In this document: piece after piece, positions 25,463 through 30,729 of the stretch | Layout of the letters: every line of letters begins with the position of its first letter | Position numbering within the stretch: position 1 is the stretch's first letter | Assembly (NCBI GenBank): GCA_034669905.1 | Contig: JAXMOL010000072.1 | Coordinates: 1 to 30,729, forward strand | From: Candidatus Hydrogenedentota bacterium | GTDB lineage: Bacteria; Hydrogenedentota; Hydrogenedentia; Hydrogenedentales; JAEUWI01 | Direction: 5' to 3' | Length of the DNA: 30,729 bases | The notes under the pieces: generated by a model | Database searches by the model: none | The model's input: the letters and a program-made list of their open reading frames with translations, nothing else | Told to the model about the DNA's origin: nothing | Translations under genes and position numbers: made by a program

Positions 25463-27199
25463 TTGCCCGTGACGGAAGCCCAGCCAGACGCGCCATCGTG
25501 CCCGGATACCGACGTCGTCGGGCGTGTCGCCTTTTCACGGGCCGACGGTATGCGCGTCTTGGGTTCTTTAGGGCTGGTGCTCGGCGGATTTACCTTCGTT
25601 GCTTCCCTGATACTCGTCCTCTATACCCGTCAGAATCCCGCGCTGGATGTCATTCAGTCGCCGGGCGGATTGCTGCTGCGGGTCGTACTCTTTGGCGTGC
25701 TGACCGCGCTCTCGGGTGCTCTGCTGTGGTGGTATCGGGATGTCCGCCCGAGCGATGCCTCCCACGTGCCGGACCAGCGCCTTTCGCGGTGTTCGTGGCT
25801 TGTCCTGTCGTTCGTGGTGACCGTGACCGTCCTCCTCCTGGGGCTCCAATTGGACCGTTATCCCTGGGCCGCTCCAGATGAAATACACCACCTAAACGTG
25901 GCACGAAACCTGGCCGTCCATGGGACCTATGCCTCGGGGAATCCGGAAAGCGGGTTCACGTACTTTGATTCCTTCGATTCCGTAGGGCCCACTGTGTTGC
26001 TGCCCGTGGCCCTCGCGCTGAAAATGGGTGGGGAGACCCTGGGGGTGGCCCGATGCCTCATGCCATTCTTCTTTCTGCTGCTGTGCCTGGGCGGTTTTCA
26101 GTTTTGCCGTATGCTCTACGGCACGTGGTCCGGTGTGGCCGCCGTGGCCTTCCTCCTCGCTACCTTTTCGTCGATTTACCTGGGACGTACCGTTTACGGT
26201 GAAGTGCCCGCCTTCGCCTTCTTGTTAGGTGGACTTATCACGTGGCACCGCGCCCTGGCCCTGCCGCATTGGAGCGGATGGGGGCTGGCCACCGGACTGC
26301 TTATGGCAGCGGCGGTGCTCTCCAAGACGATTGTGGTGTTGGTGATCTTCAGCCTGGCCGGTGCCTGGGCCTATGACCGGGTGCGTTATCACCAGATTCG
26401 TTGGCACCACGTGGTGGTGCCGGCCATCAGCGGCGTTGTGCTCCTGGGCATCTGGCACGTCTTTCAACGCCTTCACGGCGGCGATGGGGCCGACGAAGCG
26501 GGCCTCCTCACTATCTATCAGCACTACCTGCTCTTTGGCATAAGCAGCACGCCCTTCGCGATTGCCAACTCCGTGGCGCTCAATCCCGTGGCCCATCTGG
26601 GGTGGCTGGTCATCGCCGTGATTAGCGTGCCACTGGTCTTCCGGCAACGCTACACCCCCGCAGCGGTAGCCCTCTATCTCTACGCCCTCTTCATGCTCTA
26701 CTGGTGGTTTTTCTTTACGCCGGGACAGCTGCACCGCTACCTCTGGAATGCCTATGCCATCCTCGGACTCTTCGCCGCGCCGTGGCTGGTGACCGGGGTG
26801 CGGTATGTGTTGAACGCCCAAAAGGAAAAGGTGCGGCGGGTGCTGTGTCTGGTGGCGCTCGTCCTACTGGTGGGGCCGGGCATTCGTTGGGTGGGCTTGC
26901 AGGCCGCCGAAGTCCTGACGAAAGACGAGATGGCGGACGAGTGGGCCCTCCTGGAAGCGATCGAGGCCCTCCCGCCGACCCAACAGATAGGGACCACCCG
27001 TGGCCGTTTGCCCGGTGTGGTCCAGTTTTTCACGGGGCGCGTCATTCGGTCCCACGATGAGGTGGCGCACCTCTGGCCCCAGTGCGATGTACTCGTCCTG
27101 CCCGACATACCGGCGAATCGGGCGCGCATTCCAGAAGGGCAATGGCTTAACTCGGTGGGCGGCTTTGTGCTACTGTCTACCGCGAAAACAACGGAGTAA
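25463..27199 (+). CDS. GT-C fold membrane glycosyltransferase (ArnT/PMT-like)
   Basis: Many TM helices, a DE motif after an early helix (APDEIHHLNVARNL), YGEVP and AVLSK. Start is TTG 25463 or GTG 25469. Confidence 0.75.
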   Translation: MPVTEAQPDAPSCPDTDVVGRVAFSRADGMRVLGSLGLVLGGFTFVASLILVLYTRQNPALDVIQSPGGLLLRVVLFGVLTALSGALLWWYRDVRPSDASHVPDQRLSRCSWLVLSFVVTVTVLLLGLQLDRYPWAAPDEIHHLNVARNLAVHGTYASGNPESGFTYFDSFDSVGPTVLLPVALALKMGGETLGVARCLMPFFFLLLCLGGFQFCRMLYGTWSGVAAVAFLLATFSSIYLGRTVYGEVPAFAFLLGGLITWHRALALPHWSGWGLATGLLMAAAVLSKTIVVLVIFSLAGAWAYDRVRYHQIRWHHVVVPAISGVVLLGIWHVFQRLHGGDGADEAGLLTIYQHYLLFGISSTPFAIANSVALNPVAHLGWLVIAVISVPLVFRQRYTPAAVALYLYALFMLYWWFFFTPGQLHRYLWNAYAILGLFAAPWLVTGVRYVLNAQKEKVRRVLCLVALVLLVGPGIRWVGLQAAEVLTKDEMADEWALLEAIEALPPTQQIGTTRGRLPGVVQFFTGRVIRSHDEVAHLWPQCDVLVLPDIPANRARIPEGQWLNSVGGFVLLSTAKTTE

Positions 27200-27201
27200 T
27201 T

Positions 27202-27915
27202 ATGGCCAAGACGCGCGTATCAATTTTCTACCCCTGCTACAACGACTGGGGCACCATGGGCAGCATGGTCATGTTGACCATCCAGACGGCCGAGCGCCTC
27301 AACCTGGACTATGATATTACCCTCATCGATGATGGGAGCCAGGAGCATACCCTCGACCTCCTCAAGGAAATCGAGCGGGTCTTTCCCCAGGTGACTATTG
27401 TGCGCCACGAGAAAAACCGGGGCTATGGCGGGGCACTCCGCAGTGGCTTTGCGGCGGCCACGGGCGACTGGATTTTCTATACCGACGGCGACGCCCAGTA
27501 TGACGTGCGCGAAATGGACCGCCTCGTGGAGGCCATCTCCGACGACGTGGATGTGGTGCAGGGCTACAAGATAACTCGCCACGACCCCTTTCACCGCATC
27601 ATTATCGGCCGTATGTACCACCACCTGGTCCGCCTCGCATTCGGGCTCAAGCTGCGGGATGTGGACTGCGACTTTCGGCTCATTCGGCGCCGTGTCTTTG
27701 ACAAGGTAGAGCTCAAGAGTGACAGCGGCGTGATTTGCGCCGAGATGATGACCAAGATTCAGCGCGCCAACTTTCGGGTGGCCGAAGTGCCCGTCCACCA
27801 CTACGAACGCCAGCACGGCAAATCCCAGTTCTTTAATTTTCCCCGCATCTTCCGGGTGCTCCGTCAACTCTCTGGACTCTGGTTCCGCATGGTCGTCCAG
27901 GGAAAGGACGGTTGA
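27202..27915 (+). CDS. GT2 glycosyltransferase (DPM1/ArnC-like polyprenol-phosphate sugar transferase)
   Basis: SIFYPCYND, IDDGS, NRGYGGALRSGF, TDGDAQY (DxD), DVDCDFRL, EVPVHH. Confidence 0.9.
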   Translation: MAKTRVSIFYPCYNDWGTMGSMVMLTIQTAERLNLDYDITLIDDGSQEHTLDLLKEIERVFPQVTIVRHEKNRGYGGALRSGFAAATGDWIFYTDGDAQYDVREMDRLVEAISDDVDVVQGYKITRHDPFHRIIIGRMYHHLVRLAFGLKLRDVDCDFRLIRRRVFDKVELKSDSGVICAEMMTKIQRANFRVAEVPVHHYERQHGKSQFFNFPRIFRVLRQLSGLWFRMVVQGKDG

Positions 27916-29015
27916 CCGTGGTGCCCTTCGTCGAACTCCAATCCCAATTCCGGGCGCTGGAGTCCGAGGTGCGTGTGGCGATCGATGGTGTGCTGGCCCG
28001 AAGCTGGTACGTCCTGGGCGAAGAGTGTCGCGCCTTTGAAACGGAATTCGCGGCCTGGGTGGGCACCGGGCACGCCGTGGGCGTGGGCTCCGGGACCGAT
28101 GCCATCCAACTGGCCCTCCGTGCCCTGGGCGTGGGGCCGGGAGACGAAGTGATTACGGTGGCCAACACCTGTGTGCCGACCGTCGCCGCCATTGGAGCCA
28201 CGGGGGCGCGGCCCCGACTCGTGGACGCCCATCCCGACACCCTGACGCTGGACCCCGAAGGACTGGCCGAAGCGCGGACGGAAAAGACCCGGGCCATTGT
28301 GCCTGTCCATCTCTATGGCCATCCCTGCGATATGGATCCCATCCTGGAATTCGCCCGTCGCCATGGACTTGCCGTGGTGGAGGATTGTGCCCAGGCCCAT
28401 GGCGCCACCTACAAGGGGCGGACCTGCGGAACCCTGGGCGATCTGGCCGCCTTCAGTTTTTATCCCTCCAAGAATCTGGGGGCCTATGGCGACGGCGGGG
28501 CGGTGACCACTTCCAACCCCGACCATGCCGATAGGCTGAGGAAACTCCGCAACTACGGCGAAGAAGCGCGCTACACCCACACCCTCGAAGGGATTAACAG
28601 CCGGCTGGACGAGATTCAGGCCGCCGTGTTGCGGGTGAAGTTGCCCTACGTACACGGGTGGAATGCCCAGCGGGCCCAATGGGCGGCGCGCTATGACGTG
28701 GGCCTGGCAGCCACCCCGGTGGAATTGCCCCCACGTGCCCCGTGGGCGGCCTCTGCCCATCATCTCTATCCCATCCGCCATCCGGAGCGGGATGCCCTAC
28801 GCGCTTTTCTGCTGGAGCACGGCGTCCAGACCCAGATGCACTACCCGACGCCCATCCATCTTCAGCCCGCCTACCAATCCCTGGGCTATGCCGCCGGCCA
28901 ATTTCCTGTGGCCGAGCGGGCCGGCCGGGAAGTGCTCTCCCTGCCCTTGTACCCGGAGCTTCAGGAAGAAGCCATCGAAGCGGTGATGGAACAGCTCGCA
29001 CAATTTTTTACGTAA
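27912..29015 (+). CDS. DegT/DnrJ/EryC1/StrS family PLP-dependent sugar aminotransferase
   Basis: SGTDA, PVHLYG, EDCAQAHGA, FSFYPSKNLGAYGDGG (PLP Lys), NSRLDEIQAA, LSLPLYP. Overlaps the GT2 stop (TTGA). Confidence 0.93.
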   Translation: MTVVPFVELQSQFRALESEVRVAIDGVLARSWYVLGEECRAFETEFAAWVGTGHAVGVGSGTDAIQLALRALGVGPGDEVITVANTCVPTVAAIGATGARPRLVDAHPDTLTLDPEGLAEARTEKTRAIVPVHLYGHPCDMDPILEFARRHGLAVVEDCAQAHGATYKGRTCGTLGDLAAFSFYPSKNLGAYGDGGAVTTSNPDHADRLRKLRNYGEEARYTHTLEGINSRLDEIQAAVLRVKLPYVHGWNAQRAQWAARYDVGLAATPVELPPRAPWAASAHHLYPIRHPERDALRAFLLEHGVQTQMHYPTPIHLQPAYQSLGYAAGQFPVAERAGREVLSLPLYPELQEEAIEAVMEQLAQFFT

Positions 29016-29031
29016 AGGCATATTTGCGCTC

Positions 29032-29060
29032 TTGCGGGAAAAGGACGACGATGCTATGCT
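29032..29060 (+). promoter_or_regulatory. Sigma70-like promoter upstream of the DUF1559 gene
   Basis: TTGCGG(29032-29037)-N17-TATGCT(29055-29060) with a TG extension. Confidence 0.45.
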
Positions 29061-29111
29061 AGGGGTCAGCTTCAACGTTGAGGGAACACATTTCGCCCGC
29101 TCCATGCAGCG

Positions 29112-29205
29112 AACCCGCCCGTCAATTCCCCTCCTGAGAGGGGTAGGGGTGGGTTTGCGGAGTTTTTCGTGACTTGACCCACCCCCAGCCCCTCCGAAGG
29201 GGGGG
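29112..29205. repeat. Palindromic REP/MITE-like element with two inverted arms
   Basis: Arm A CCCCTCCTGAGAGGGGTAGGGGTGGGT and inverted arm B ACCCACCCCCAGCCCCTCCGAAGGGGGGG; each arm is itself a hairpin. Confidence 0.7.
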
Positions 29206-29321
29206 CACGGACGGAGGTTGGTCGAGGCGCTTGCACCGGGCGAATGACCCCGCTGCCGGAATCGGAACATCAGGAGCAGGTGAGGATCCAAGCGCAACCG
29301 TTCGCAAGGAGAGGATTTGTT

Positions 29322-30167
29322 ATGGCATTTCGCAAGGGCTTTACGCTTTTGGAGCTGTTGGTAGTTATCGCCATTATCAGTATCCTGGCGGCCATGTTGC
29401 TCCCCGGATTGGTGCGCGCACGGGAGGCGGCACGACGGGTAAGCTGCAGTAACAACCTCCGCCAGATGGGCATTGCGCTTAAGATGTATGCCAACGAAAG
29501 CCGGGGCCAGTTTCCACCGCTGCAAAAGTTTGTGGGCGATGCCTGCGAAACGAAAAATACCCGGACCTTCATGTTTGATGGTCCCTCCATTTACCCCGAG
29601 TATCTTGCCGAAAGCCGGGTGCTGGTTTGCCCGTCCGGATTCGAAGCCGTTCAGGAAGAGCGGGGGGGACGATGGAACCGCCCCGATGGGCCCCAGGGCG
29701 AACGGGTGGGAGGCTCGGTGAATCCCTGTCTCCTCGACCAGCTTTCCTATTTCTATGCCAATTGGATTTTTAAGACGGAGTGGATCACGGAAGAGGGCAC
29801 CGGGGACGTGAGCCAGCCCTTTCTCGACGGCTTGCGCAACGTTCTGGATGACCCGGACGTGGCGCCCCTGGAATCGTCGTGGTCCTTCACCAACGAATTC
29901 GGAGAGACCCAGCAGGTCTTTCGCCTTCAGGAAGGCATCGAGCGCTTTCAGATTACCGACATCAACAACCCCTCCAAGGCCAACATCTCCCAGAGTTCTG
30001 TGGCCATTATGTTTGACCGTATCGACCTGAACCCCCTCGGATTCAACCACCTTCCCGGTGGCGCGAATGTACTCTACATGGATGGACACGTCGAATGGGT
30101 CAAGTACCCCGGACCCTACCCCGTGAATCGGGCGTGGGCCACCCTGGTGGACTTGCTGGAGATTTAG
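29322..30167 (+). CDS. Prepilin-type N-terminal cleavage/methylation protein, DUF1559-like, with H-X9-DG C-terminal motif
   Basis: [46 protein letters not shown] and [21 protein letters not shown] 29322 with AGGAGAGG RBS. Confidence 0.92.
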   Translation: MAFRKGFTLLELLVVIAIISILAAMLLPGLVRAREAARRVSCSNNLRQMGIALKMYANESRGQFPPLQKFVGDACETKNTRTFMFDGPSIYPEYLAESRVLVCPSGFEAVQEERGGRWNRPDGPQGERVGGSVNPCLLDQLSYFYANWIFKTEWITEEGTGDVSQPFLDGLRNVLDDPDVAPLESSWSFTNEFGETQQVFRLQEGIERFQITDINNPSKANISQSSVAIMFDRIDLNPLGFNHLPGGANVLYMDGHVEWVKYPGPYPVNRAWATLVDLLEI

Positions 30168-30216
30168 GGGGGAGAATCTAAGATAGGGTAGTTTGTTCTG
30201 CCCGACTAGTTCATTC

Positions 30217-30287
30217 AACCCGCCGAACAATTTCCCTCCCGGGAGGGGGCAGGGGTGGGTCTAGTCACGAAAAGCATCGCCGAACCC
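30217..30287. repeat. Second, partial copy of the 29112-29205 element
   Basis: AACCCGCC..CAATT.CCCTCC.G.GAGGGG..AGGGGTGGGT matches arm A directly. The continuation CTAGTCACGAAAA matches the reverse complement of 29164-29176. Confidence 0.7.
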
Positions 30288-30571
30288 GCTATAGAGCGCC
30301 GGCGGCCCATCGGCATGGGCGTCCCAGCAATCTGTGGAATTGTAGAGCAAGCCTCGAGGTAGCCGCAAATAACGGTGACTGCCTTGAGAATTTGGATTGC
30401 GCCGCCATATTGCTATCTTCCAAGGTGACGTTGTAGCCGAGTTTTTCTAAATAAGCGAAGGTAGACCTCGAGCAAATCCAATCCGTTCGTTACGACAGCG
30501 CATGCAAGCGCCTGCAAAAGGCCAGCGGACGTTCGGCTTGGCCACTATTGATTAAAGAAGTCTTTGACATT

Positions 30572-30660
30572 TGGGAGCGCAGGCGACCCGCCTGCCTCGG
30601 GCCGAAGGCACGTAGTTTTTACGTCTTCGACGTAATGCAGGCGAGCCGCCTGCGCTCCCA
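30572..30660. repeat. REPIN-like element: inverted pair of 24-nt REP palindromes
   Basis: TGGGAGCGCAGGCGACCCGCCTGC (30572-30595) and GCAGGCGAGCCGCCTGCGCTCCCA (30637-30660) are 22/24 complementary. The spacer also pairs (CGAAG/CTTCG, ACGTA/TACGT). Confidence 0.8.
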
Positions 30661-30729
30661 AGCCCCAAATCTTTAAGATGGCAACCGAATGACTTGGAAA
30701 ATGTCCGAGATGAATCTTCGCCTATTTAG

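Noticed and set aside
27220..30230. Long minus-strand ORFs (27220-27867, 27864-28781, 28797-30230)
   Set aside because: They are antisense to the GT2, DegT and DUF1559 genes and have no independent coding features.
30290..30570. Possible gene fragment in the lower-GC terminal region
   Set aside because: The minus-strand frames I translated are broken by stops, the ORF track lists nothing here, and no motif was recognised.

Overview
High-GC bacterial window with no rRNA, tRNA, CRISPR array or transposase visible. The DUF1559 prepilin-like gene and the kinase-WD40 proteins point to a Planctomycetota/Hydrogenedentota-like lineage (inference only). Left (124-8083): a carbohydrate-use cluster of a secreted esterase, a GH95 glycosidase, an FAD oxidoreductase and a sodium:solute symporter, with a divergent HpcH-type aldolase. 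Centre (8149-21783), the main candidate for an undescribed system: two paralogous modules, each with a sigma70-like promoter, a ~1470-aa membrane Ser/Thr kinase (kinase-TM-coiled coil-WD40-PDZ-like) and then one or three copies of a ~250-aa protein family I do not recognise, called family X here. Family X shares the motifs NLMx[YF]LL, HFCxPF and a 4-Cys/Trp C-terminal tail. A diverged fragment of a kinase 3' end lies inside the family X array, and one member is lower in GC, which suggests cassette-like accretion of kinase-partner genes. A PhyH-family dioxygenase separates the two modules. Right (22021-30729): an unknown membrane protein, PBP1C, a GT-C/GT2/DegT surface-modification operon, a DUF1559 prepilin-like gene flanked by palindromic repeats, and a REPIN-like hairpin.
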